Positions 10,359 to 20,974 of a DNA stretch of 64,000 nt are shown here, in pieces. The number at the start of each line of letters is the position of its first letter. Within the stretch, counting starts at the first letter, position 1. Source of the DNA: a bacterium (lineage in GTDB: Bacteria; Patescibacteriota; Minisyncoccia; UBA6257; JAGOQP01); contig JAKANP010000003.1 of the NCBI GenBank assembly GCA_021812345.1, forward strand, positions 82-64,081, given 5' to 3'. The notes below the pieces were generated by a model, which was not told where the DNA came from, did not search any database, and was given only the letters and a program-made list of their open reading frames with translations. The translations under genes and the position numbers were made by a program.

Positions 10359-12416
10359 ATGACTGAAGAACAGGCAAAAGAAAGAATTGCCAAATTAAGA
10401 AAATTTATAAATTATCACAGGACTTTATATCACACCTTTGATGAGCCTATTTTGTCGGATGAAGCATTCGATACTTTAAAAAATGAGCTGGAAGAACTGG
10501 AATATGAATATCCTCAATTTTTATCTTCCGCTTCTCCGACTCAAATTGTCGGCGGAAAACCGCTTGATAAATTTACAAAAGTGAGGCATGAGTTTCCGAT
10601 GCTTTCTTTTGATGATGCATTTTCCGATTTGGAAATGGAGGAATGGCTCGAAAGAATGAATAACTATCTTGGATACGATGCTCTTAAAAAAAATGAAAAT
10701 AAAAAAGAATCATTTTTTTATTGCGAATTGAAATTAGACGGACTTGCCATTGAGCTGATATATGAAAATGGAAATTTGGTCCTAGGAGCGACTCGAGGAG
10801 ATGGAGTTATCGGAGAAGACGTGACTCAAAACGTAAAAACAATATCGTCCATTCCGCAAAAACTTACTCAATTGGGTTTGTGGAAAATTCCAAAACATCT
10901 TATTGTAAGGGGAGAGATTTTAGTGTCCAAAAAAGAATTGGAAAGAATAAACAAAGAACAGGGAAAAAAAGGATTAAAAACATTTGCCAATGTCAGAAAT
11001 CTTGCCGCCGGATCTATCCGACAACTTGATCCGAAAATCGCCGCTTCAAGGAAGTTGGAATCTTTTCAATACGACATTGTTAATGATTGCGGGCAAAAAA
11101 ATCACGAAGAAGAACACAAAATGTTGGTTTCTTGGGGATTTAATATTAATCCATACAATCGTCCGGAAAAAAATTTAAAAGGCGTGATTGATTTTAGAAA
11201 TTATTGGGAAAAAAACAGGGAAACGTTGGATTACGACATAGATGGCATCGTTGCTATTGTTAATGACAATAAAATTTTTGATTCAGCCGGAGTTATCGGC
11301 AAAGCTCCCAGAGCGGCAATTGCTTACAAATTTTCTCCGCGTCAGGCGTCTACCGTTGTTGAAGATGTCGTTATCCAAGTGGGACGAACCGGGATCTTAA
11401 CCCCGGTAGCTGTTTTGCGTCCGACGGAAGTTGGAGGAATCACCATCACTCATGCAACTTTGCATAATTTTGATGAGATAAAACGACTTGGACTTAAAAT
11501 CGGCGATACGGCAATAGTCACTCGCGCCGGAGATGTTATTCCTAAAATCATCGGAGTTTATAAAGAATTAAGAACGGGAAAAGAAAAAGAAATAAAAATT
11601 CCGTCAAAATGTCCGATTGACGGCGCTCCGGTTAAAAAAGACGGAGTATTTTTAAAATGTTCCAATCCAAAATGCGGAGCGATAAACAGGAATTTAATCA
11701 TTCATTTTGCATCCAGAGACGCGTTTGATATCAGAGGACTTGGAGATAAAATCGTTGACAGATTTTTGGATGAAGGATTAATTTCGGGGCCAGCCGACAT
11801 CTTTCTTATAAAAGAAGGGGATATTTCTTCCTTAAAAAAATTCGGAGAAAAATCGGCTCAAAATATTATTGATCAAATAAAAAAATCAAAAAAAATTTTA
11901 TTGAATAAATTCATTTATGCCTTGGGAATTCTTCAAGTAGGTCAAGAAACGGCAAAAACTTTAGCAAAGAAATTTATGTCTTCAGGGGAAAAAATTTCAA
12001 TTTCAGAATTTCAAAAATATTTTAATAAATTATCTCTGGAAGAATTTGAAGAAATGTCCGATATCGGGCCAAAAGTGGCTTTAAGCATAAAAAATTGGTT
12101 TAAAGATTCTCACAATAAAAAACTTCTTGACGCGCTTGAAAAATCGGGAGTTGAAATATTAGGATATCATGAAAAAAACAAGGGCATATTTTCAGGGTTT
12201 AATATCTGTTTAACCGGAGGATTAAAATCGATGTCTCGGCCAAGAGCCAAAGAGATGATTGAGAATAATGGGGGACATTTTAATTCGGAAATTACGACCA
12301 AAACAAACATTGTAATTGCCGGCGACAATCCGGGATCAAAACTGAAAAAAGCCGAAAGCTTGAAAATAGAAATCTGGAATGAAAAAAAATTTTTAGACAA
12401 GTTGAGTAAGATATAG
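10359..12416 (+). CDS. ligA: NAD-dependent DNA ligase
   Basis: ELKLDGLA active site, TRGDG, OB fold, Zn finger, HhH, BRCT. Confidence 0.97.
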   Translation: MTEEQAKERIAKLRKFINYHRTLYHTFDEPILSDEAFDTLKNELEELEYEYPQFLSSASPTQIVGGKPLDKFTKVRHEFPMLSFDDAFSDLEMEEWLERMNNYLGYDALKKNENKKESFFYCELKLDGLAIELIYENGNLVLGATRGDGVIGEDVTQNVKTISSIPQKLTQLGLWKIPKHLIVRGEILVSKKELERINKEQGKKGLKTFANVRNLAAGSIRQLDPKIAASRKLESFQYDIVNDCGQKNHEEEHKMLVSWGFNINPYNRPEKNLKGVIDFRNYWEKNRETLDYDIDGIVAIVNDNKIFDSAGVIGKAPRAAIAYKFSPRQASTVVEDVVIQVGRTGILTPVAVLRPTEVGGITITHATLHNFDEIKRLGLKIGDTAIVTRAGDVIPKIIGVYKELRTGKEKEIKIPSKCPIDGAPVKKDGVFLKCSNPKCGAINRNLIIHFASRDAFDIRGLGDKIVDRFLDEGLISGPADIFLIKEGDISSLKKFGEKSAQNIIDQIKKSKKILLNKFIYALGILQVGQETAKTLAKKFMSSGEKISISEFQKYFNKLSLEEFEEMSDIGPKVALSIKNWFKDSHNKKLLDALEKSGVEILGYHEKNKGIFSGFNICLTGGLKSMSRPRAKEMIENNGGHFNSEITTKTNIVIAGDNPGSKLKKAESLKIEIWNEKKFLDKLSKI

Positions 12417-12478
12417 CGTTTATATTTGATTAACGATTCCCCCTGATAAATAATTAGCGGCTCGATTACAAAATTATT

Positions 12479-13984
12479 ATGGAAAATGACTCAAAAATAT
12501 TTTACAGATTAATGGAAGCTTTGCCGGCATTTTTAACGTGGCTGACTGTCTTGTTAATGTTTCTTTTGTCGTGGAAAATTCCAAGCGCAGTTGCCATTTT
12601 TATAATACTTTTTGATATCTATTGGTTGCTTAAAACTATTTATTTATCTTTTCATTTAAAAAGCAGTTTTAACAGGCTCAAAAAAAATTTAAAAATCGAT
12701 TGGTTGAAATCTTTGGAAAACAATCAAAAAACCAATTTAAAATGGAAAGAGATTTATCATTTGATTATTTTGCCGATGTATCAGGAACCGTATTCGGTTG
12801 TCAAAGAAACTTTTGAAAGATTAATCGAGTCAAATTATCCGCTTGATAAATTCATAGTTGTTTTAGCGATTGAGGAAAGGGCCGGCCAGCAGGCTCAGGA
12901 TGTCGCTTTAGATATCGAAAAAAATTACGGAAATAAGTTTTTTAAGTTTTTAATTTCGGTCCATCCTTATGGACTGGCTAAAGAAATTTCAGGCAAAGGA
13001 TCAAACGAATCGTGGGCCGCTAAAAAAGTTCAATCGGAGATTATCGATCCGGTCGTTATTCCATATGAAAATATTTTGGTTTCTGTTTTTGATGTTGATA
13101 CTCAAGTTTTTAAGGATTATTTCGGAATTTTGACCGAAACTTTTTTAATGGAAGGTGATGACGGACAGTTTTCAAGCTATCAGCCGGTGCCGCTATTTTT
13201 AAATAATATTTATCAAGCTCCGGCTCTGGCAAGAATTATAGGCTTTTCTTCAACTTTCTGGCATCTGATGCAACAATCGCGAGCGGAAAAATTGACAACT
13301 TTTTCTTCCCACTCGGTTCCGTTCAAAGCGCTTTGTGAAATCGGTTTTTGGCAAAAAGATATAGTTTCCGAAGATTCAAGAATTTTTTGGCAATTTTTTT
13401 TACATTTTAACGGCCATTGGAAAACCGTTCCGCTTTTTTATCCGGTTTCTATGGATGCCAACGCGGCTCCCACATTTTGGGGGACAATGATCAATCTTTA
13501 CAAGCAACAAAGACGATGGGCTTGGGGAAGTGAAAATGCCGCTTTTCTTTTTTCCGGATTTAAAAAAAATAAAAAAATATCCACCGGTAAAAAAATTTAT
13601 TGGACATTTCATTTGCTTGAAGGTTATCATTCGTGGGCTACCAGTTCTTTGATTATTTTTGCTTTAGGCTGGCTTCCAATTATGCTCGGAGGAGTCTCTT
13701 TTGGGGCAACTTTAATCGCTTATAATTTACCCAGTGTTACCAGATGGATTATGACTTTGGCTTCTTTGGGTATTATCAGCTCCGCTTTTTTGTCTATGGC
13801 TTTATTACCGCCAAAGCCGTTTGGGTTTAAAAAAATAAACAGTTTATGGTATTTTTTATCGTGGATTTTAATGCCGGCAACGCTCATATTTTTCGGGGCG
13901 CTTCCGGCTATTGAAGCTCAAACCAGGTTGGCTTTATCCGGAAAATTCAGGTTGGATTTTTGGGTAACGCCAAAGCACAGATAA
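12479..13984 (+). CDS. Membrane glycosyltransferase family 2
   Basis: DVD, SED and QQRRW motifs with flanking TM helices. Confidence 0.85.
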   Translation: MENDSKIFYRLMEALPAFLTWLTVLLMFLLSWKIPSAVAIFIILFDIYWLLKTIYLSFHLKSSFNRLKKNLKIDWLKSLENNQKTNLKWKEIYHLIILPMYQEPYSVVKETFERLIESNYPLDKFIVVLAIEERAGQQAQDVALDIEKNYGNKFFKFLISVHPYGLAKEISGKGSNESWAAKKVQSEIIDPVVIPYENILVSVFDVDTQVFKDYFGILTETFLMEGDDGQFSSYQPVPLFLNNIYQAPALARIIGFSSTFWHLMQQSRAEKLTTFSSHSVPFKALCEIGFWQKDIVSEDSRIFWQFFLHFNGHWKTVPLFYPVSMDANAAPTFWGTMINLYKQQRRWAWGSENAAFLFSGFKKNKKISTGKKIYWTFHLLEGYHSWATSSLIIFALGWLPIMLGGVSFGATLIAYNLPSVTRWIMTLASLGIISSAFLSMALLPPKPFGFKKINSLWYFLSWILMPATLIFFGALPAIEAQTRLALSGKFRLDFWVTPKHR

Positions 13985-14004
13985 TTTTTAAATCTATTTA
14001 AATT

Positions 14005-15159
14005 ATGAAAATTTTAGCCATAGAAACCAGTTGTGATGAAACCGCTATTGCTCTCGTGGAAGCAAAGGGCGGCATAAATAATTTTGAATTTGAGATTATA
14101 AAAAGTTCGGTTGCTTCGCAAATAAAACTTCATTCCAAATTTGGAGGCGTAGTTCCAAATTTGGCAAAACGCGAACATATTAAAAATTTGCCGATACTTC
14201 TAAACAAAACATTCCCCGAAATAAAAAAAAATAAACAAATACCGAAAATAGATTTAATTGCCGTTACCGTCGGTCCGGGACTGGAGCCGGCATTGTGGAC
14301 CGGAGTTCAGTTCGCCAAAGAACTTTCTGATAAATGGAGAAAACCGGTTGTCGGCGTTAATCATCTGGACGGTCATTTATACAGTTTTTTGTTGTCGGAA
14401 AAATTTGAAGATAAAAAATATTTGAATAAAAATTCCAAAAAAATAAAAAATAAAAAATACAAAATAAAGGATAAATCAAATCTGTTTCCGGCAATTTCTC
14501 TTATTGTGAGCGGAGGGCACACTATTTTAGCTGAATTAAAAAGTTTTAAGGAATACAAGAAACTTGGAGAAACCTTAGACGATGCAATTGGGGAATCTTT
14601 TGATAAAGTCGCCCGACTATTAAACCTCCCTTATCCCGGAGGTCCGGAGTTGGAAAGAATGGCAAAAAGAGGTGATAAAAAATCTATTCCTTTTCCTTCG
14701 CCCATGATAAATCAAAAAAATTACAATTTTAGTTATTCCGGACTTAAAACTTCCGTTTTGTATTATTTAAAAAATATCGGTTCGACAGTTAATGATTTTT
14801 CTCTTTCAAATAAGGAAAAAAATGATTTAAAGAAAATAGAATCAAAAGAAAATTTAAGAGCCAATATAGCGGCCTCGTTTCAATACTCCGCTTTTAATTC
14901 CGTTGTTAAGAAAACATTACGCGCCGTTCAAGAAAAAAAAGCCAAACTTATTGTTGTCGGCGGGGGAGTGGCGGCAAATAAAAATCTACACGATTTTTTT
15001 GTTTCCGAAATAGAAAAAAATAAATTGAAAACGGATTTAATTTTTCCTCCTTTGGAATATTGCATGGACAATGGAGTAATGATTGCTTTAGCGGCTTACA
15101 TTAATAAATTAAAAAACAAAGAATATCCGCTTGAAGCCAACGGGAATTTAAATATATGA
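14005..15159 (+). CDS. tsaD: tRNA N6-threonylcarbamoyltransferase TsaD
   Basis: LAIETSCDET, GGVVP, NHLDGH, VSGGHT, FSYSGLKT, DNG. Confidence 0.96.
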   Translation: MKILAIETSCDETAIALVEAKGGINNFEFEIIKSSVASQIKLHSKFGGVVPNLAKREHIKNLPILLNKTFPEIKKNKQIPKIDLIAVTVGPGLEPALWTGVQFAKELSDKWRKPVVGVNHLDGHLYSFLLSEKFEDKKYLNKNSKKIKNKKYKIKDKSNLFPAISLIVSGGHTILAELKSFKEYKKLGETLDDAIGESFDKVARLLNLPYPGGPELERMAKRGDKKSIPFPSPMINQKNYNFSYSGLKTSVLYYLKNIGSTVNDFSLSNKEKNDLKKIESKENLRANIAASFQYSAFNSVVKKTLRAVQEKKAKLIVVGGGVAANKNLHDFFVSEIEKNKLKTDLIFPPLEYCMDNGVMIALAAYINKLKNKEYPLEANGNLNI

Positions 15160-15179
15160 AAAAAGCGCTAAAAAGCGCT

Positions 15180-15425
15180 TTAAAATGTTGTGTTGTCTAC
15201 AAGAAGTTTGTCGGTGATTCTTTTGCGTTCGATTTCAATCAGCTTTTTTTCTCTCCAATTGGGACGCGTCATTAAAGCGGCCACAATCGGATTTTGAGAA
15301 GCGACTTCAATCGCTTCGGTAAGCCTAATCTTCGCAGTTTCGTCAATAAAGACCATCGCGATGATTGATTTTTGAGGACCTTTATACAAAAAATTTTGAC
15401 TGGCTCTGAAAATGTAAGCGGTCAT
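15180..15425 (-). CDS. Hypothetical protein
   Basis: 81-aa ORF; ATG overlaps the stop of the upstream ORF. Confidence 0.5.
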   Translation of the reverse strand: MTAYIFRASQNFLYKGPQKSIIAMVFIDETAKIRLTEAIEVASQNPIVAALMTRPNWREKKLIEIERKRITDKLLVDNTTF

Positions 15426-15763
15426 CTTTCTTCCTTGTCGTTGTCGTTCTTGTTCTTTGTGAGAATGATATTTTGACCGATGGCAAGTTGGGAAATGCCG
15501 AGCCGGTTTTCTCCCATTTTGTGGAAAATAAATGTTTCGGTATTGATGATGATGTTCTTGATTGATTCCCTTATCTGCTTTCCCTTGATAATTTTTTTGA
15601 AATTATCCAAATCGATCGTGATTTCTCCGGAAACGATTTTGATATCCTTAACAACTCCGTGATAAATCTGAAAATCAATAATTTCTATGGAGCCCCCCTT
15701 AAATTGCTTGAGCTGTGAGTCGGTTATGTTCACTCTCTTTCCTCCTCTTGTTTTTATTTCCAA
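15422..15763 (-). CDS. Hypothetical protein
   Basis: 113-aa ORF filling the gap, coupled to the next ORF; start uncertain. Confidence 0.5.
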   Translation of the reverse strand: MEIKTRGGKRVNITDSQLKQFKGGSIEIIDFQIYHGVVKDIKIVSGEITIDLDNFKKIIKGKQIRESIKNIIINTETFIFHKMGENRLGISQLAIGQNIILTKNKNDNDKEER

Positions 15764-15846
15764 AGGACTTTTTTTAATATACTGATTATGCGCTTTATGT
15801 CAAGTTTTGTTTTTTGTTTTTTTAGATGATAGAGTTAATTTAAACT

Positions 15847-16920
15847 ATGAATTCAATTCTTAAAAAAATAGATTGGCAAATGATAATCGCCATCTCCGTT
15901 CTAATTTTTGCCGGTTTATTGAGCCTGCTCAGTTCCAGTTCGGAATTTTTTCATAAACAAATTTATTGGATAATTTTAGCTTTAGCGCTGTTTGTTTTTC
16001 TTATTTTTGTAGATTTAAGATCTTTTTTCAGCCATCGCTCGGTAATCAGGGGTCTTTATATCTTAATGTTTTTTGTTTTACTTTTTGCATTTTTTTTCGC
16101 GCCAAGGATAAAAGGAAATCGCTCATGGATAGTTTTGGGGCCTTTTCAATTCCAACCATCCGAGTTTGCCAAAGTTGTTTTGATTATTTCATTGGCTTAT
16201 TTTTTCTCAAAAGCTCACATAGGGATTGGAAGGTGGAAAATAGTTTTAAATTCTTTTTTTTACTTTTTATTTCTAGGCGCAATGGTGGCGGCGCTTCCCG
16301 ATATGGGCTCGGCTTTTGTTTTGTTTGCTTTATGGTTCGGATTTGTTCTGGTATCGGGAATGCCGTTTAAAAAAATCATTATCTCTTCTTTAATTTTTGT
16401 TATTGCTTTTGCTTTAATGTGGGTTTTTATCTTTAAGCCATACCAGAAAGAAAGAATAATCGGCGTTCTTTTGCCTCAAAGCGATCCGTTGGGGGCAAAC
16501 TATCACGCTATTCAATCAAAAATAGCTATAGGTTCAGGGGGTTTATTTGGCCAAGGGTTCAGACAGGGGACTCAAGTCCAGCTTGGATTTTTACCCGAAG
16601 CTCAAACCGATTTTATATTTGCCGCTATTGCGGAAGAAGGGGGGCTATTGGCTATGCTGATATTACTTATCGCTTTCGGGTGGCTTATTTTAAGGATTGT
16701 AAAAATGGCCGGAATGATTGACGGCAATTTTAATAAGTTTTTGTGTTTGGGGACGGCTATTTTGTTTTTGTCGCAATTTATTTTGAATGTCGGATCCAAT
16801 TTGGGAGTTTTGCCGATTGTCGGAGTAACTTTTCCATTTGTTAGTTACGGAGGATCAAGCTTGCTTGCCAATACTATTTTAGTCGGAATGATACAATCCG
16901 CCTGGGTTAAAAGGGGATAG
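15847..16920 (+). CDS. rodA: SEDS family peptidoglycan polymerase RodA/FtsW
   Basis: FQPSEFAK, PDMG, QSKIAIGSGG, LPEAQTDFIF, PFVSYGGSS. Confidence 0.9.
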   Translation: MNSILKKIDWQMIIAISVLIFAGLLSLLSSSSEFFHKQIYWIILALALFVFLIFVDLRSFFSHRSVIRGLYILMFFVLLFAFFFAPRIKGNRSWIVLGPFQFQPSEFAKVVLIISLAYFFSKAHIGIGRWKIVLNSFFYFLFLGAMVAALPDMGSAFVLFALWFGFVLVSGMPFKKIIISSLIFVIAFALMWVFIFKPYQKERIIGVLLPQSDPLGANYHAIQSKIAIGSGGLFGQGFRQGTQVQLGFLPEAQTDFIFAAIAEEGGLLAMLILLIAFGWLILRIVKMAGMIDGNFNKFLCLGTAILFLSQFILNVGSNLGVLPIVGVTFPFVSYGGSSLLANTILVGMIQSAWVKRG

Positions 16921-16923
16921 TTT

Positions 16924-17493
16924 ATGATTAAAAAGCGAAAAATATTAAAAAATATTTTTTTTGAAAACGATCCGAGGTTCGTGGCCCGGAATCTTTTGGG
17001 AAAAATTATCGTAAGAAAAATAGGAAATAAAGAAATAAAAGTGGTGATTTCGGAAACCGAAGCATATTTGGGAGAAAAAGATTTGGCATCCCACGCTCGT
17101 TTCGGAAAGACCGAAAGAAACAAAGCGATGTTTGAGGGCGGAGGTGTTTGGTATGTTTATTTTGTTTATGGGATTCATTGGCTTTTAAATATTGTTACCG
17201 AGACAAAAGAAAAGCCGTCGGCTGTGTTGATAAGAAGAGGAATTCTGTTGGATAAGAATAAAAAAATATTAAATGGTCCGGCAATTCTTTCCAAGGTTTT
17301 AGAAATTGACGGAGAATTTTCCGGTAAAATGAGTTCCAAAAAAACAAAATTATGGATTGAAGATTGGGGGCTTGATTTAAAAAAAAATAAGATCAGACAA
17401 TTTTCCAGAATCGGAATTGGTTATGCCGGAAAATGGGCTAACAAAAAATTAAGATTTGGATTGGATAAACCAGATAAATTGGGATTTTTTTAA
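16924..17493 (+). CDS. mpg: DNA-3-methyladenine glycosylase (AAG/MPG family)
   Basis: ARNLLGK, ETEAY, YVYFVYG, AVLIR, NGP, RIGI. Confidence 0.92.
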   Translation: MIKKRKILKNIFFENDPRFVARNLLGKIIVRKIGNKEIKVVISETEAYLGEKDLASHARFGKTERNKAMFEGGGVWYVYFVYGIHWLLNIVTETKEKPSAVLIRRGILLDKNKKILNGPAILSKVLEIDGEFSGKMSSKKTKLWIEDWGLDLKKNKIRQFSRIGIGYAGKWANKKLRFGLDKPDKLGFF

Positions 17494-17765
17494 TAAAACG
17501 GTCATCTTTTGCCTTAATATCCACGGGGACTTGATTTTTATTTTTTAATGTGGCAATATTATCTTAACTTCTGGATACCGATTTTTTAGAATAATTTTTA
17601 AATTAAGGCGACTTTTGTCAATTTCGAAAAATATGAATTTGACAAGTCCCAAATTTATAGTGTTTAATACCAATTAATTTTATAAAATTGACAAAAATAA
17701 TCCTCTTATAAACAAGGAAGGGAGGATTGATTTTTTTGCGTAAAGAAAATAATTAAAATTTTTTT

Positions 17766-20700
17766 ATGTCGACAAAAAATATTGAAGTCAAAAAATTTTC
17801 TACTCACCCAGGCGATTTTATAAGGATTCCTTTTATGGGTGAAATCCAATTCAATTCTTGGAATTGGTTTTTAAAAAAAGGAATTAAAGAACTTTTTAAG
17901 GAAATATCTCCGATCAGAGATTATACAACAAAAGAATACGAACTTTATTTTGAAGATTATTCGTTTGATGAACCGAAATTTTCGGAAGAAGAATCTTGGC
18001 AAAGAAGTTCAACTTTTGAAGCATCTTTGAGGGCCAAGGTGCGTTTGGTAAATTTAAATACAAAAAGAGAAGTTGTTCAGGAAGTTTATTTGGGCGATTA
18101 TCCGATGATGACTCAAAGAGGAACATTTATTATCAATGGCGTAGAAAGAGTGGTTGTTTCTCAGTTTATCAGGTCTTCCGGGGTATACTTTAATGCCAGA
18201 GCCATCAGAGGAAAAAAGTATTTCGGAGCAAAAATTATTCCAGATAGAGGAAGTTGGATGGAATTTGAAACAGAAGCCGATGGATTTATAGGAGTTAAAA
18301 TAGACAAACACAGAAAGGTGGCGATTACCGACCTCTTGAGGGTTTTTGGATTGGAAAATAACGAAGATATAATAAAAACATTTTCTGATATAGACAACGG
18401 ACCGGTTAAATATATTCAAGCTACCTTAAAAAAAGACGCCGCTTCCGACGTCTCAAACTCTTACATTGAAATTTATAAACGATTAAGACCGGGAGATTTG
18501 GCCAGCCCGGAAAATGCAAAAGGATTAATAGACGGAATGTTCAAGCGTTCGGACAGATTTTCTCTCTCGGAAGTCGGACGCTATAAAATGAATCAAAGAT
18601 TGGCCGTCTCGCCAAAAGAAAAAGTTGATACTCAATTAATTCGTCTTGATGATTTGATTTTAATTGTAAGGGAAATAATCAGATTAAATAATGATGATCA
18701 TGCCGAACCGGATGATATTGATTCTCTTTCCAATAGGCGCGTAAGGTCTGTCGGAGAATTGCTTCAATCGAGAATGAGAGTTGGGTTTGCCAGAATGAGG
18801 AGAATTATCCAAGACAGAATGTCTACTTTGGAAGTGGAACAAGTTACGCCGTTGCAATTGGTCAATCCCAAACCGCTTTCATCGGTTGCCAGAGAATTTT
18901 TAATTTCCTCTCAACTTTCTCAATTTATGGATCAAGTAAATCCATTGGCGGAACTTTCTCACAAAAGAAGATTATCGGCTTTAGGTCCCGGAGGATTAAC
19001 TCGTGAACGCGCCGGTTTTGAAGTGCGCGATGTTCACGAATCTCATTACGGAAGAATTTGTCCGGTGGAAACTCCGGAAGGACAGAATATCGGTCTTATA
19101 AATCACTTATCAAATTTTGCCAGAGTTAATGATTACGGTTTTTTGGAGACCCCTTATGCCAAAGTTAAAAATGGAAAAGTAACCGACGAAATAGTTTGGA
19201 TGACAGCTGCCGAAGAAAAAAAATATAAAATTGCCGAAGGAGGAGTGGCGCTTGATGATTCCAAAAAAATAGTCAATGAATCGGTTGAGGCCAGAATCAA
19301 CGGAGAACCGGAGGTTTGTTCAAAAGAAGATGTTGATTTTATAGATGTTTCGCCGACTCAAGTAATCAGCGGAGCAACTAATTTGATTCCATTTTTGGAA
19401 CATGATGATGGCAATAGAGCATTGATGGGAGCAAACATGCAAAGACAGGCTGTGCCGTCTATTAAAGCGGATGCTCCTTTGGTTGGAACCGGAATTGAAG
19501 AACAAATCGCCAAAGATTCGGGAAGAGTTATTATGGCAACAGAAGACGGCGAAGTGGTTGAATCGGATGCCCGTCATATTGTCGTTAAAAATAAAAAAGG
19601 TTCCAAAGATTTTTATGATGTTTTGAAATTCAGACGCTCCAATCAATACACTTCTATTAATAATAAAACTATTGCCAAAGTGGGGCAGAGGGTTAAAAAA
19701 GGAGATGTTTTAGCCGACGGTCCGGCAACGGAAAACGGCGTATTGGCTTTGGGACAGAATTTGCTGGTCGCTTTCATTCCTTATTTTGGAGGAAATTACG
19801 ACGATTCTATAGCTATTTCGGAAGCTGTTGCCAGACAAGACAGATTTACCTCTATTTATATAGAAGATTTTTCTTGCGATGTAAGAGACACAAAATTGGG
19901 ACCGGAAGTTACCACTTCCGACATTCCCAATGTTTCTGAAGATAAATTAAGAAATCTTGACGAAGAAGGAGTTATCAGAATTGGGGCGGAAATCAGAGCG
20001 GGAGATATCTTGGTTGGAAAAATATCGCCCAAAGGAGAAACGGAACTTACCGCCGAAGAAAAACTTTTACGTTCAATATTCGGAGAAAAAGCAAGAGATG
20101 TAAAAGATTCGTCATTGTATCTTCCACATGGAAAATCCGGAAGAGTTGTCGGTATTAAAGTTTTTTCAAGAGAAAGGGGCGACAAGCTTGAACCTGGAAT
20201 AATAAAAAGAATTCAAGTGGAAGTAGCTCAATTGAGAAAAATAAGAGCCGGGGACAAACTTGCCGGACGACACGGAAACAAAGGAGTTATTTCAAGAATT
20301 TTTCCGGTTGAAGATATGCCTTATTTGGCGGACGGCACTCCTGTTGATATCGTTTTAAATCCTTTAGGAGTTGCTTCCCGTATGAACTTGGGACAAATTT
20401 TGGAAACTCATTTGGGAATGGCCGCAAAAAAATTGGGTTATAGAGCGGTGAGTGAAGTTTTTGTCGGAGCCACCGAAGAAGAAATAAGCGCCGAACTCAA
20501 AAAAGCCGGTTATCCCGAAAATGGAAAATTTGTCATTTATGACGGAAAAACAGGAAAAAGATTCGATCAAGAAGCAACTGTCGGATATATTTATATGCTT
20601 AAACTCAACCATTTGGTTGAAGATAAAATTCACATGCGTTCAATCGGTCCGTATTCTTTAGTCACTCAACAGCCGCTTGGAGGAAAGGCTCAATTTGGAG

Positions 20701-20954
20701 GTCAGAGATTTGGAGAGATGGAGGTCTGGGCTCTTGAAGGTTACGGTTCCGCCTATACCTTGCAGGAAATGTTGACGATAAAATCAGACGATGTTTTGGG
20801 AAGAGCCGCCGCTTTTGAATCGATTGTTAAAGGAGAGGAATTAAAAATGTCCACAAGTCCCTCGGCGTTTAATGTTTTGACCAACGAAATAAACGCGCTT
20901 GGATTAAAGGTTGAGCCAATTAAGAAAGAAGATTTGCCTGACGAATCTTTATAA
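17766..20954 (+). CDS. rpoB: RNA polymerase beta subunit
   Basis: INGVERVVVSQ, ETPEG, GDKLAGRHGNKG, GGQRFGEME. Confidence 0.99.
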   Translation: MSTKNIEVKKFSTHPGDFIRIPFMGEIQFNSWNWFLKKGIKELFKEISPIRDYTTKEYELYFEDYSFDEPKFSEEESWQRSSTFEASLRAKVRLVNLNTKREVVQEVYLGDYPMMTQRGTFIINGVERVVVSQFIRSSGVYFNARAIRGKKYFGAKIIPDRGSWMEFETEADGFIGVKIDKHRKVAITDLLRVFGLENNEDIIKTFSDIDNGPVKYIQATLKKDAASDVSNSYIEIYKRLRPGDLASPENAKGLIDGMFKRSDRFSLSEVGRYKMNQRLAVSPKEKVDTQLIRLDDLILIVREIIRLNNDDHAEPDDIDSLSNRRVRSVGELLQSRMRVGFARMRRIIQDRMSTLEVEQVTPLQLVNPKPLSSVAREFLISSQLSQFMDQVNPLAELSHKRRLSALGPGGLTRERAGFEVRDVHESHYGRICPVETPEGQNIGLINHLSNFARVNDYGFLETPYAKVKNGKVTDEIVWMTAAEEKKYKIAEGGVALDDSKKIVNESVEARINGEPEVCSKEDVDFIDVSPTQVISGATNLIPFLEHDDGNRALMGANMQRQAVPSIKADAPLVGTGIEEQIAKDSGRVIMATEDGEVVESDARHIVVKNKKGSKDFYDVLKFRRSNQYTSINNKTIAKVGQRVKKGDVLADGPATENGVLALGQNLLVAFIPYFGGNYDDSIAISEAVARQDRFTSIYIEDFSCDVRDTKLGPEVTTSDIPNVSEDKLRNLDEEGVIRIGAEIRAGDILVGKISPKGETELTAEEKLLRSIFGEKARDVKDSSLYLPHGKSGRVVGIKVFSRERGDKLEPGIIKRIQVEVAQLRKIRAGDKLAGRHGNKGVISRIFPVEDMPYLADGTPVDIVLNPLGVASRMNLGQILETHLGMAAKKLGYRAVSEVFVGATEEEISAELKKAGYPENGKFVIYDGKTGKRFDQEATVGYIYMLKLNHLVEDKIHMRSIGPYSLVTQQPLGGKAQFGGQRFGEMEVWALEGYGSAYTLQEMLTIKSDDVLGRAAAFESIVKGEELKMSTSPSAFNVLTNEINALGLKVEPIKKEDLPDESL

Positions 20955-20974
20955 AATTAAATTAAAAAAATAAT

